DNA of 64,000 nt from assembly GCA_963705545.1 (NCBI GenBank), contig CAVPJX010000001.1, forward strand, positions 1,443,377 to 1,507,376, read 5' to 3'. The position numbers were made by a program, and so were the translations under genes. This DNA comes from an uncultured Actinomycetes bacterium. Its GTDB lineage: Bacteria; Actinomycetota; UBA4738; HRBIN12. Below the pieces are notes generated by a model. That model worked only from the letters and a program-made list of their open reading frames with translations, was not told where the DNA came from and did not search any database. This document shows positions 19,068 to 28,425 of this stretch, one piece after another. Each line of letters starts with the position of its first letter. The first letter of the stretch is position 1.

Positions 19068-20255
19068 TCAGCGCCCGTCGAGGAGCGGGCGAACGCCACG
19101 CTTCACGAGCTGGTCCGCGATGATGTTTCGCTGGATCTCGGAGGTTCCCTCCCAGATCCGATCCACTCGCAGCTCCCGCCAGAACCGCTCAGCGACGTTC
19201 TCGCGCATGTACCCGCGCCCGCCGAAGACCTGGACGGCCCGGTCCGCGACGCGGTTCGCCATCTCGCTCGCGTAGAGCTTCGCCATCGAGCAGCGAGCGT
19301 GCTGCAGCTTCACGTCGACCCCGTCGTCGATGTCGCGGGCGAGCTGATAGGTCATGAGCCGGGCGGCGTGCAGCTCGGTCGCCGAGTCCGCGAGCATGTG
19401 CCCGATCGCCTGGTTCTGAACGATCGGCGTCCCGAACTGCACGCGCTCCTTCGCGAACGCCGTGGCCTCGTCGATCAGCCGTTCCGCCGCACCGCAGCAT
19501 CGCGCCGCGATCATCAGGCGCTCGTAGCGGAACCACTCGTAGGTGAACGACATCCCGTCGCCCTCCTCGCCGACCAGGTTGGCGGCCGGGACGTGCACGT
19601 CCTCGAACGCGACGATCGGATGGTGGTCCCGGTACGTGTGCGAGTACGCGGGGGTCCGCACCACGCGGACGCCGGGCGTGTCAACGTCCACGAAGAACAT
19701 CGCGTGCTCTCCGTCGTGACCGCCGTCCACGAGCTTCGCCTGGAAGAAGCAGTAGTCGGCGTGGTTGAACGACGTCACGTGCATCTTCGTGCCGTTCAGG
19801 ACGTATCCATCGCCGTCGCGGCGGGCGGTGGCGACGATCGCGTCGACGTCGGAGCCCGCGCCCTCCTCGGTGATCGCGTAGCACTCGGTCCGCTCGCCGC
19901 GGACCGTCGGCACGATCCACGTGTCGAGTTGGAACGGGCTGACGACGGCGGGGGCCCACGCGGGCGGCGTGTGGACGCACCAGCCGAGCGCGTTCGTGAC
20001 GCGGCCGATCTGCTCGGAGACGAGGACCTGCTGCAGCATCGAGAGCCCGCCCCCGCCGATCTCGGTCGGCATGTTCATCGAGGAGAATCCGAGCTCGACG
20101 GCTAGGCGCTCGTGCCGTTCCTTCGCCTCGGTCGGGATCTCGCCGCCGTGCTCTTCCGCGTGCACCTCCCAGGGGATCAGCTCGTCGTCGACGAACCGGC
20201 GCGCACGCTCCTGGAGGTCGCGGTCGGCATCGCCGAGCCGGGAGGTTGCCATCAC
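19068..20255 (-). CDS. Acyl-CoA dehydrogenase family protein
   Basis: YAITEEGAGSD, LNGTK, RVQFG.PI..NQAI, QVFGGRGY and RIWEGTSEIQR motifs; GTG 7 nt after TATGCT. Confidence 0.93.
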   Translation of the reverse strand: MMATSRLGDADRDLQERARRFVDDELIPWEVHAEEHGGEIPTEAKERHERLAVELGFSSMNMPTEIGGGGLSMLQQVLVSEQIGRVTNALGWCVHTPPAWAPAVVSPFQLDTWIVPTVRGERTECYAITEEGAGSDVDAIVATARRDGDGYVLNGTKMHVTSFNHADYCFFQAKLVDGGHDGEHAMFFVDVDTPGVRVVRTPAYSHTYRDHHPIVAFEDVHVPAANLVGEEGDGMSFTYEWFRYERLMIAARCCGAAERLIDEATAFAKERVQFGTPIVQNQAIGHMLADSATELHAARLMTYQLARDIDDGVDVKLQHARCSMAKLYASEMANRVADRAVQVFGGRGYMRENVAERFWRELRVDRIWEGTSEIQRNIIADQLVKRGVRPLLDGR

Positions 20256-20311
20256 GTGGGCGAGCATACCGCCGCGATTGAACGGTCGTTCAACGGCGGA
20301 GGTCGGACCGC

Positions 20312-21346
20312 TCAGCTCAGGAACTCGAGCCGATCGCGGTGCGCCGCCAGCTGCTCGTGCACGGCCGGGTCGAACGGGTGATCGCGCTCTGGCTCCTCGA
20401 CGTCGGGCCGCTCCCCGAAGAGCTCGCCGGAGAGGTACCGCTGGCCGGTATCGGCGATCACCGTGACGATCCGGCGGAGCTCGGCGTGCTTCCCCGCGAC
20501 CTTCAGCGAGGCGACGACGTTGATCCCCGACGACGGGCCGCACAGCAGTCCCTCCTCCCGCGCCAGTCGGCGCGCCATCTCGAGCGCCTGATCGGTCGAG
20601 GCCGTCACGATCCCATCCAGCACGGCGAGGTCGAGGTTCCGCGGGACGATCCCGTCACCGATCCCGGGGACGCCGTGGGTGCCCCAGCGCTCCTCCGAGA
20701 TCAACGGGCACTCGGACGGCTCAACGGCGAATGCGCGCACCGACGGATCGTGCCGCTTCAACGCGCGCGCCACGCCCGTGATCCATCCACCCGTCCCCTG
20801 GGCCGCCACGACGGCGTCGACCCGGCCTCCCGACTGCTCCCAGATCTCCTCGCCGCTCCGCTCTTGCGCCGTCGGGTTGTCCGGGTTCTCGAACTCGCCC
20901 GGGAAGAAGAACCGCTCCGGCGCGGTCGCCACGATCGCTCGCATCCGCTCGATCGCCAGGTCGATGTCGGTGCCGGCCCCGGGCGTGAGCACCAGCTCCG
21001 CCCCGTACGCCTGGATCATGCGCTTGCGCTCCGGACTCATGCCTTCCGGCATCACGATCGTGCAGGCGTACCCCTTGATCGCCGCGGCGGCAGCGCACGC
21101 GATCCCGGCATTGCCGGTCGTGCATTCGATGATCGTCATCCCGGGTCGGAGGTCGCCGCGGCGCTCGGCCTCCGCGAGCATGTGCGCGTAGATCCGGTCC
21201 TTCACCGAACCGGTCGGGCCGTACCACTCGACCTTCGCGAACAGCTCGATGCCGTCGGGCGCGATCCGGCCCAGCCGGACGAGCGGCGTCCCACCGATCG
21301 CCTCGAGCAGCGAATCCGACGACGTGCGCGACCGATCCGGATCCAT
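20312..21346 (-). CDS. PLP-dependent cysteine synthase family protein
   Basis: IGGTPLVRL, PTGSVKDR (PLP Lys), TTGNAG, GTGG, PGIG and GPSSG motifs; RBS GGAGG. Confidence 0.9.
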   Translation of the reverse strand: MDPDRSRTSSDSLLEAIGGTPLVRLGRIAPDGIELFAKVEWYGPTGSVKDRIYAHMLAEAERRGDLRPGMTIIECTTGNAGIACAAAAAIKGYACTIVMPEGMSPERKRMIQAYGAELVLTPGAGTDIDLAIERMRAIVATAPERFFFPGEFENPDNPTAQERSGEEIWEQSGGRVDAVVAAQGTGGWITGVARALKRHDPSVRAFAVEPSECPLISEERWGTHGVPGIGDGIVPRNLDLAVLDGIVTASTDQALEMARRLAREEGLLCGPSSGINVVASLKVAGKHAELRRIVTVIADTGQRYLSGELFGERPDVEEPERDHPFDPAVHEQLAAHRDRLEFLS

Positions 21347-21522
21347 CGTTCCCCTCCACGGTGACGCCGGGCCGCAACGGTAGCGTGCCGCCGGACGGCG
21401 ACGGTAGTCGACCGTTGCGTCCCTCGCGACCACGCCCGTCGCCGGGCCTCCCCCGGGACGTCGGCACGGCCGCTCGCTACGCTCGGCGCGATGGGACGGC
21501 GAGCTCGTCCGGGCATGGTCGC

Positions 21523-21912
21523 GTGGCCAAGGGTGCGCGCGATCCGGAGACGTTGATGCGTCGCGCGACGGTCCGAGCGCTCGCGCTCGCCCTCCCGGAG
21601 GCCGAGGAACGGGAGACCTGGGAGACGGCGACCTTCCGCGTGCGGAACAAGATCTTCGCGATGTGCTCCGAGCAAGAACGGGAGGTCTGGATCAAGGCGA
21701 CGCACGATGAGCAACGCGCGCTCGTCGCGATGCATCCGGACGCGTACTTCGTCCCCCCCTACGTCGGATCGAGCGGCTGGGTCGGGGCTCGCGTCGCGCT
21801 GGTGGAGCGCGACGAGATGCGGGAGCTCCTGACCGAGGCCTGGCGGATGACGGCGCCGAAGCGTCTCGTCCGCGCCTTCGATGAGGGGAGCGGTGCGTCC
21901 CGACCGCCTTGA
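21523..21912 (+). CDS. MmcQ/YjbR family DNA-binding protein
   Basis: LALPEAEE..TW...TFRVRNKIFA, PPYVGSSGWV and ELLTEAWRMTAPKR patterns; alternative start ATG at 21556. Confidence 0.85.
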   Translation: MAKGARDPETLMRRATVRALALALPEAEERETWETATFRVRNKIFAMCSEQEREVWIKATHDEQRALVAMHPDAYFVPPYVGSSGWVGARVALVERDEMRELLTEAWRMTAPKRLVRAFDEGSGASRPP

Positions 21913-22043
21913 CCGGAACCCTTCGCATCGATACGCTCGGCGCGACGCGATAGTTAGGGTTCTTTACTATTCGCCCGCGTCCTCGGGAGGGATGCCGGAT
22001 CCGGCCGAACACGCGGCGCCGAGCGGCTCAGGCGTTCGTCGCG

Positions 22044-23942
22044 GTGATCGTCGCCTCGTGCGGCTCGGTCGGCACGCCACGAGCCGCCGATGCCCCCGAT
22101 CGCGCCGCGGTCCAGGCGTTCGTGCGGGTGAACCAGGTCGGCTACGACATGGACGCGCCGCAGCGCGCCTACCTCCTCGCCCGCGCCGACGAGGCCGATG
22201 CATCGTTCGTCGTGACGAACGATGCAGGCGCCTCCGTCCAGCAGGGCGTGGTCGGGGACGACCTGGGCGCGTGGAGCCGGCGGTTCCCACACGTGTACGC
22301 GATCGACCTCGCGCTCGACGAGCCCGGCACCTACACGATCCGCGTCGACGCCGCGACGGCGGCCGCCTCGCCGCCGTTCGCCGTCGGGGATCCGGCGGCG
22401 CTGTACGCGCCGCTCCTGGCGAACGCGCTGCGGTTCTACGGCGCCCAGCGGGACGGGCCGGACGTGATCGGGTCGATCCTTCAGCGCCGGCCTGCCCACC
22501 TGCACGATCGCAACGCCCGCGTCTACCGACATGCCCACTACGCTCCCGACTACACGATCCGTGATCCGGTCCGGGTGCCTGGGACCGGACGCGTGGACGT
22601 CTCCGGCGGCTGGTTCGATGCCGGCGACTACATCAAGGGTGTCCAGACCGAGAGCTACACGGCCGCGATGCTCCTCGTGGCGCGGCGCGACTTCCCGGAG
22701 TTGGTCGGGCCCGGGACCGCCGCCGACTTCACGGACGAGCTCCGCTTCGAGCTCGAGTGGCTCTTGCGGATGTGGGACGACCGCACCGGCACGCTGCTGT
22801 ACCAGGTGGGGTTCGGCGACGGCAGCGAGCGCTACGCGGGCGACCACGATCTCTGGCGGCTCCCGGAGGTCGACGATCACTTCCGTCCGGGCGATCCGCG
22901 GTACCGGTTCATCCGCCATCGTCCGGCGTTCCGGGCCGGACCCCCGGGCTCGCCGGTCAGCCCGAACCTCGCCGGACGCCTGTCGGCCGCCTTCGGACTC
23001 TGCTCGCAGATCTTCCGCGCGACCGACGCCACGCTCGCGGACCGATGCCTGCGGTCGGGTCAGCGCCTGTTCGACCTTGCCGACACCGACCCCGGGCGCC
23101 TCACCACCTTCTCCCCGTTCGACTACTACCCGGAGACCGAGTGGCATTCGGACCTCGAGCTCGGCGCCGTGGAGCTCGCGCTCGCCTCGGGTGCAGGGGA
23201 CCTCCCCTCCGGCCTCGCGCACCCGGGTCCCACGTACTACCTGACGCGCGCGGCGCGCTGGGCGGAAGCGTACGTCCACGGCGACGAGCTTGGCGACACG
23301 CTGAACCTCTACGACGTGAGCGCGCTCGCGCATGCCGAGCTCGTGCGCGCGATCGACGCCGCGGAGGATCCGTCGGGCCTCGCGATCGGTCGCGAGGCGC
23401 TGCTCGACGACATCGATCGACAGCTCCGGATGGCGTCCGAGCAGGCCTCCGCTGATCCGTTCGGCTGGGGATACCCCTACGCGGCGTACGACGGGACCTC
23501 CCACGGCCAGGGTCTCGCGATCACGGCGGGCCTGTACGCCGGGCTGTCGGGCGATCACACGTGGGACGCCTTCGGACGGACGCAGCTCGACGTGATCCTC
23601 GGCGCGAACGCATGGGGCACCACGTTCCTGGTCGGCGCCGGAACGACCTTCCCGAACTGCGTCCACCATCAGATCGCGAACCTGGTCGGGGCGCTGGACG
23701 GCTCGTCCCCGGTCGTGCTCGGCGCCGCGGTGAACGGGACGAACAGCAAGAGCCAGTTCCGCTGGCTCGGCCTGCCGTCGGAGGCGAACCGATGCCCCGG
23801 GGATCGCTCGGATCCGTTCGCGCGCTTCAACGGGATGCGGGCGCGCTGGTGGGACGACGCGCGGTCGTGGCCGACGGCGGAGCCGGCGATCGACTTCGTG
23901 GCGACGACGCCGCTCGCGTTCGCGCTGACGATGAGCGGCTAG
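22044..23942 (+). CDS. Glycoside hydrolase family 9 with N-terminal Ig-like domain, probable lipoprotein
   Basis: VRVNQVGY, DVSGGWFDAGDYIK (catalytic Asp), YQVG, HHQ, and WWDD..SW...EPAID (catalytic Glu). The true start may be ATG at 21992 with a 1-nt insertion. Confidence 0.88.
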   Translation: MIVASCGSVGTPRAADAPDRAAVQAFVRVNQVGYDMDAPQRAYLLARADEADASFVVTNDAGASVQQGVVGDDLGAWSRRFPHVYAIDLALDEPGTYTIRVDAATAAASPPFAVGDPAALYAPLLANALRFYGAQRDGPDVIGSILQRRPAHLHDRNARVYRHAHYAPDYTIRDPVRVPGTGRVDVSGGWFDAGDYIKGVQTESYTAAMLLVARRDFPELVGPGTAADFTDELRFELEWLLRMWDDRTGTLLYQVGFGDGSERYAGDHDLWRLPEVDDHFRPGDPRYRFIRHRPAFRAGPPGSPVSPNLAGRLSAAFGLCSQIFRATDATLADRCLRSGQRLFDLADTDPGRLTTFSPFDYYPETEWHSDLELGAVELALASGAGDLPSGLAHPGPTYYLTRAARWAEAYVHGDELGDTLNLYDVSALAHAELVRAIDAAEDPSGLAIGREALLDDIDRQLRMASEQASADPFGWGYPYAAYDGTSHGQGLAITAGLYAGLSGDHTWDAFGRTQLDVILGANAWGTTFLVGAGTTFPNCVHHQIANLVGALDGSSPVVLGAAVNGTNSKSQFRWLGLPSEANRCPGDRSDPFARFNGMRARWWDDARSWPTAEPAIDFVATTPLAFALTMSG

Positions 23943-24001
23943 TTAGCGCAGCAGATCCGGGTCTGTATCGGCGAGCTTCCGATAGAGGCCGACGGCCATC
24001 G

Positions 24002-24892
24002 CTAGGACGCCGTGTTCCCCTCGGCCAACTCGCTCAGCGGACGTCCGGCGGCGCGGTAAGCCTGGACGATCCCGTGCCGCCATGCCCCCGTGGCCTCGAC
24101 CTGGTTGAAGGTGAACACGTGGAACCCGGCGATCGCGTATCCCGGGTTCGCGACGAAGGGCTCGATCCGGTTGACGAAGCCATCGGGTCGGTACCCGCCA
24201 CGACGCATCAGGCGGGCGACCAGACCTCCGTACTTGCTGACGTACTTCACGGATGGACCGACACCAACCCGGAGCGATACCTCGATCAGCCTCCGACGAT
24301 TGACCGCGCCGGCGATCCCTAGGTGGATCGGCAGGTGGATGCCCCGGGCGCGGATCGTCGCGATCCATCGGGCGACCGCGCCCGGGTCGAAGCAGATCTG
24401 GGTCGCGAGGTGCGTGGCGAGTGGAGCCTTGAGATCCAAGGCCTCCTGCAACGCAACCTCCTCGATCAACGGGTGGCCCTCCGGATAGCCGGCGATCCCG
24501 ATCTCCTTGGGGACCGGGCCCTCGGCGTGGATCGCCTCCAGCAGCTCGAGTGCGGTGCCGTACGCGCCACCGGCGCGATGCCCGTCACCACCCACCACGA
24601 ACAGATCCGAGATGCCCGCGGCCGCGAGTCGGCCGAGGATCGACCGCAGGTGCTCCCGGCTCTGGACCGTTCGTGCGGACACGTGGGGAACGACACGATA
24701 GCCCCCGTTCGCGAGTCGCTCCGCGAGCTCGACGGTTCGGTCGGGACCTTTCGCCGGCGAGCAGGTGACCGTGAGGACCGTCCCCGAGGGCAGGAACCGT
24801 TCGACCTGTTCGACGACCCCGGACATCGGGATCACCTCGAAGCGGCTCGCTTCCAGGAGCGAGGCCAGATCGCGGGGGGCCGACGACGTCAC
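24002..24892 (-). CDS. metF: Methylenetetrahydrofolate reductase (short MetF-type)
   Basis: VPHVSAR, FVVGGD, IGIAGYPEGHP, TQICFD and GFHVFTFNQ motifs; GTGA overlap with the upstream demethylase gene. Confidence 0.88.
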   Translation of the reverse strand: MTSSAPRDLASLLEASRFEVIPMSGVVEQVERFLPSGTVLTVTCSPAKGPDRTVELAERLANGGYRVVPHVSARTVQSREHLRSILGRLAAAGISDLFVVGGDGHRAGGAYGTALELLEAIHAEGPVPKEIGIAGYPEGHPLIEEVALQEALDLKAPLATHLATQICFDPGAVARWIATIRARGIHLPIHLGIAGAVNRRRLIEVSLRVGVGPSVKYVSKYGGLVARLMRRGGYRPDGFVNRIEPFVANPGYAIAGFHVFTFNQVEATGAWRHGIVQAYRAAGRPLSELAEGNTAS

Positions 24893-26064
24893 GACTTCGG
24901 GATCTCCTTCTTCGGATCCCAGTGCGGCATCTCGACCACGTTTGCCTCCACCGCACCCGAGATCGGCGTCTCCACGGTGAGCGAGGTGCCGAGCTTCGCG
25001 AACTCGATCGGCAGCATCGCGAACCCGATGTTCTTCTCCAGGCGCGGCGAGAAGCAGGCCGAGGTCACCCGCCCTACGGTCCGACCGTCCACCGAGATGG
25101 GGAAGACGTCGATCATCTCGTTGTCGATGTACGAGCCGACCGGTTCCCCGCCGATATCGACGCCGACGAGCTTCTGGCTCACGCCCTCGTCGCGGATCCG
25201 TTTCAGCGCGGCTTTGCCGATGAAGTCGGCTTCCTGGTCGAGATCCACCATCCAGGTGTAGTGGTAGCCGACCTCGTACGGGTTGTTCTCGTACCACATG
25301 TCCGCCCCGAAGGCGAGGATGCCCCCCTCGATCCGGCGGATATGGCAAGGCCCGATCACACGCAGGTCGACGGGCTTGCCGGCCTCGAGCACCGCGTTCC
25401 ATAGCTTGACGCCGTTCGCGCTCGCTTCGTGCAGGTAGATCTCGTACCCGACCTCACCCGTGTAGCCCGTCCGTGAGATGACGACGTTCATCCCGCCGAT
25501 CGTGGTCTGCATCAGACCGTAGTACGGGATGTCCAGCACGGCATCGCCGACCAGGTTCGTCAGGACCTTCTTCGCGTTAGGGCCCTGGATCTGCAGTGGG
25601 GCCACATCGATCTCCTGCACCGTGACGTTCATCTTCATGGCATGGGCGATGCCGAGTGCATACAGGTTCACGTCGGAATCGGCGAGGGACAGCCAGAACT
25701 CGTCCTCCGCCACGCGCAGCAGGACCGGGTCGTTCAGGATCCCACCGTCGGGGGCCGTGATGAACACGTACTTCGCCTGATCCACCGCGCACTTGTGCAG
25801 GTCTCGCGGCACGATCATGTTCGTGAGGTCGAAGGCGTCGGGGCCCTTGATCTGGATCTGCTTCTCCACGCCCACGTCCCAGAGCGTGACGTTCTCGACG
25901 AGCGCCCGATACTCACCTACCGGATCACCGTAGTGGCGTGGATGGAACGTGTGGTTGTAGACGCTGTACCGGTGGACCCCGTGCTGGCGCGACGCGTAGA
26001 AGTACGGGGACTTGCGGATCCGGGTGTAGAGCAGGATCCCGGGGTCGGTGATCACCTCAGGCAA
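24889..26064 (-). CDS. GcvT-superfamily folate-dependent demethylase, DmdA-like
   Basis: RIRKSPYF...YSVYNH, WDVGVEKQ, GPDA, PRD, GGILNDP, WLSLADSD, QIQGP, RTGYTGEVGYEIY and RIEGG motifs; TTG start after GAGGAGG; no gcvH/gcvP nearby. Confidence 0.85.
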   Translation of the reverse strand: MPEVITDPGILLYTRIRKSPYFYASRQHGVHRYSVYNHTFHPRHYGDPVGEYRALVENVTLWDVGVEKQIQIKGPDAFDLTNMIVPRDLHKCAVDQAKYVFITAPDGGILNDPVLLRVAEDEFWLSLADSDVNLYALGIAHAMKMNVTVQEIDVAPLQIQGPNAKKVLTNLVGDAVLDIPYYGLMQTTIGGMNVVISRTGYTGEVGYEIYLHEASANGVKLWNAVLEAGKPVDLRVIGPCHIRRIEGGILAFGADMWYENNPYEVGYHYTWMVDLDQEADFIGKAALKRIRDEGVSQKLVGVDIGGEPVGSYIDNEMIDVFPISVDGRTVGRVTSACFSPRLEKNIGFAMLPIEFAKLGTSLTVETPISGAVEANVVEMPHWDPKKEIPKS

Positions 26065-26845
26065 GGGAACGCCTCCTCTCGTGGTAGCCGAGACGGCGCG
26101 AGATCGCCATCGCCGCCTCCATGGTCGCCCGCGCGACGCGCGGGATCTCGATCGAACGGAGTCGGAACGCTGGCCCCGAGACGCTCACCGCGGCGATCGC
26201 CACGCCGTCGGCCCGGCGGATCGGCGCCGCCACGGCGTTCAGGCCTTCCTCCAGCTCCTCCAGCGTCTGTGCGTACCCCTTCGCGAGCGCCTCGACCAGC
26301 TGCCGCCGCAGGTCCTCGGGATCGGTCACCGTCCAGGGCGTCCGTCGCTCGAAGGGGCCGGCGAGCAGGCTCTCACGGTCGCTGTCGGCGAGGCACGCCA
26401 GCAAGACCTTCCCCGAAGCCGAGCAATGCAGCGGCGTCCGCCGCCCGACCCAGTTCACCGACACGATCGCATCGCTGCTGGAGATCTGGTCGACGTACAC
26501 GACATGGTCGCGGTCGATGACCCCTACCGTCACCGTCTCCCCGGTGCGCTCGGCGAGCTCTTCGAGGATCGGCCTCGCGTGACGGACCAGGTCCACCCCC
26601 GCGAACGCGGCTCCCGCCAGATACATCAGGCCCAGGCCTAGCCGGAACTTCTCCGTCGACGGGTTCCGCTCGACCAAGCCGTGCTCGGCGAGGGTCGCGA
26701 GCAGGCGGGACGCGGTCGCCTTGTGCACCTCGAGGCGACGCCCGAGTTCGCTGACGCCCAGCTCCCCCTCCTCGGCGATGATCTCGAGGATCCGCACAGC
26801 GCGCGAGACGGATTGCACCGCAGCTCCACCGGTTTGGTTGCTCAT
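26057..26845 (-). CDS. IclR family transcriptional regulator
   Basis: VQSVSRAVRILE, HTH LGVSELGRRLEVHKATASRLLATL, PLHCSASGKVLLA, GYA...EE...G...VAAPI. Confidence 0.95.
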   Translation of the reverse strand: MSNQTGGAAVQSVSRAVRILEIIAEEGELGVSELGRRLEVHKATASRLLATLAEHGLVERNPSTEKFRLGLGLMYLAGAAFAGVDLVRHARPILEELAERTGETVTVGVIDRDHVVYVDQISSSDAIVSVNWVGRRTPLHCSASGKVLLACLADSDRESLLAGPFERRTPWTVTDPEDLRRQLVEALAKGYAQTLEELEEGLNAVAAPIRRADGVAIAAVSVSGPAFRLRSIEIPRVARATMEAAMAISRRLGYHERRRSLA

Positions 26846-26856
26846 CCCGCACCTCA

Positions 26857-26873
26857 GATGCACCATCCGCAAC
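26857..26873 (-). promoter_or_regulatory. Putative IclR operator, copy 1
   Basis: GTTGCGGATGGTGCATC on the minus strand just downstream of the -10; 14/17 identical to the palindrome at 31606-31622. Confidence 0.6.
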
Positions 26874-26880
26874 ACCACCA

Positions 26881-26910
26881 AGGATAGGGAAGCCCGGCCG
26901 CCTCGGTCAA
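26881..26910 (-). promoter_or_regulatory. Sigma70-type promoter of the iclR-demethylase-metF operon
   Basis: TTGACC (26910-26905), 18-nt spacer, TATCCT (26886-26881). Confidence 0.65.
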
Positions 26911-26931
26911 GCGGGGAGCGGCGAGGGTCGG

Positions 26932-27039
26932 TCAGTCAGGCTCGTCGGTCAGCTCGGCGGCGAGCAGATCCATCAGCAGGCCGTCGTGCCATCGATCGTC
27001 GGGGCCACGCTCGTAGGCGCGCAGCACGCCGACCGGCCG
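26932..27039 (-). pseudogene. C-terminal remnant of a GNAT acetyltransferase (AAC(6')-like/RimL type)
   Basis: Frame reads RPVGVLRAYERGPDDRWHDGLLMDLLAAELTDEPD*; no N-terminus present. Confidence 0.7.
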
Positions 27040-27304
27040 GCCGCGACCCGCCGCGTCGCGGCCGCCCGGTCGAAGGCGGAGCGCGACGCCCAGCCGGGTG
27101 CCGCGGCGTTCGCCGCGTCGATCGCGCGCGGCGCGTCGGCCCGGGTGCCCTCGGCGACCGACCCGATCACCTCGCCGCGTCGATCACGAGTGCCCGTCGC
27201 GGCCGACGCGCCTCCGCGCCGGTCGACGGGCGAGCGCGTCGGGATCGCCCCGGCCTCCGACGGCCCCAGGTCCCGCCGATGAACAGCTCCACGTGCTCGG
27301 CCAC
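27040..27304 (-). pseudogene. N-terminal remnant of an aldehyde dehydrogenase (at the position expected for betB)
   Basis: GGAGGTG RBS, MAEHVELFIGGTW, then in another frame GEVIGSVAEGTRADA.RAIDAANAAAPGWASRSAFDRAA; truncated and frameshifted. Confidence 0.75.
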
Positions 27305-27327
27305 CGCGCTCACCTCCGACGCGCGCG

Positions 27328-27352
27328 GGGGCGGCCCCCGGAGGGCCGCCCC
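27328..27352 (-). terminator. GC-rich hairpin after the betaine SBP gene (terminator or mRNA stabiliser)
   Basis: GGGGCGGCCC-CCGGA-GGGCCGCCCC, 10-bp stem; no U-tract. Confidence 0.5.
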
Positions 27353-27384
27353 GTCGCGGCGTGCGTCCGATCCGGCTCCGGCGC

Positions 27385-28425
27385 CTACGCGGCCAGGCCG
27401 GCGTCGACCCACGGCTGCCACGTGGACTGGTTCGCGTCGACCCAGCTCTGTGCGGCTGCCTCGGGCTCCACCTTGTCGTCTCCCTGCATCTGGACCGTGA
27501 CCGCGTTCTGGTCGTCGTTCGACCAGTTCATCGCGGACAGGAACGCGAACGCTGCGGGCGCCTTCGTCTGCAGGTCCGCGTTGAGCGCCTTGTAGAGGTC
27601 GTCCTCCGGGTACGCGCAGGCGTACGCCGACGCGTCGTTCAGCGCGGCGTCCTCGCACTCGGGCGTGACGTCCGGGAGCTGGACCATCGTCAGGTCGTAC
27701 TGGGCGTGCGCCCAGTGCGGCGTCCAGAAGTAGAAGAGGAACGGCGACTGGTCCTGGTACGCCGTGTCGAGGGCCGTGAGCTGCGCGTTCTCCGACCCCG
27801 CGTACACGACCTTCAGGTCCAGGCCCAGGTTGTCGGCGATCGGCTGGTCGAAGGTGACGAAGCTCGGGTCGCCGTCCAGGAGCTGGCCCTGGTCGCCGGT
27901 CTCCGCCGTGGCGAACTCCGACTCGTTGCCCTTCAACCCTTCCCAGGTGGCGAGGTCCGGGTTCGCGTCGACCATGTAGGTGGGGACCCACCAACCGATC
28001 TGGCCGATCGCACCCAGCTGGCCGCCGTCGACGACCCCGTTGTTCCCCTCGATGTACTTCTTGTAGTCCTTGGCGTGACCGGAAGGCCACACCTCGAGGG
28101 TCGCGTCGAGGTCCCCCGTCGACAACGCTGGGAACTGCGCGAACTCGTCGATCTCGACCAGCTCCACGGTGTATCCCAGCTGCTGCTCGAGCAGGACCGC
28201 GGCCACGTTCGCGTTCGCCGCCGACCCGAGCCACGGGTTCACGGCGATCCGGATCGTGACGTCGCTGTTGTCCGGGACCGCCGGTCCGCTCTCCCCGGTC
28301 GCGCCGCCAGTCGCGGCACCGCCGGTCTCGCCGCCGTCGCCGCTGTCGACGTCGCTGCAAGCAGCGGCGACCACCGCGAACATCGCCACGCTCGCGACGA
28401 TCATCCACCTGCGCGGCTTCCTCAT
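27385..28425 (-). CDS. Glycine betaine/choline-type ABC transporter substrate-binding lipoprotein (OpuAC/ProX family)
   Basis: Lipobox VAAAC; NPW, LEVWP, GWWVPTY and FYFWTPHW aromatic-box-type motifs. Confidence 0.88.
   Translation of the reverse strand: MRKPRRWMIVASVAMFAVVAAACSDVDSGDGGETGGAATGGATGESGPAVPDNSDVTIRIAVNPWLGSAANANVAAVLLEQQLGYTVELVEIDEFAQFPALSTGDLDATLEVWPSGHAKDYKKYIEGNNGVVDGGQLGAIGQIGWWVPTYMVDANPDLATWEGLKGNESEFATAETGDQGQLLDGDPSFVTFDQPIADNLGLDLKVVYAGSENAQLTALDTAYQDQSPFLFYFWTPHWAHAQYDLTMVQLPDVTPECEDAALNDASAYACAYPEDDLYKALNADLQTKAPAAFAFLSAMNWSNDDQNAVTVQMQGDDKVEPEAAAQSWVDANQSTWQPWVDAGLAA

Noticed and set aside
24889-26064. Calling the gene gcvT or dmdA outright
   Set aside because: There is no gcvH/gcvP nearby and the motifs are intermediate; the substrate cannot be fixed from sequence alone.
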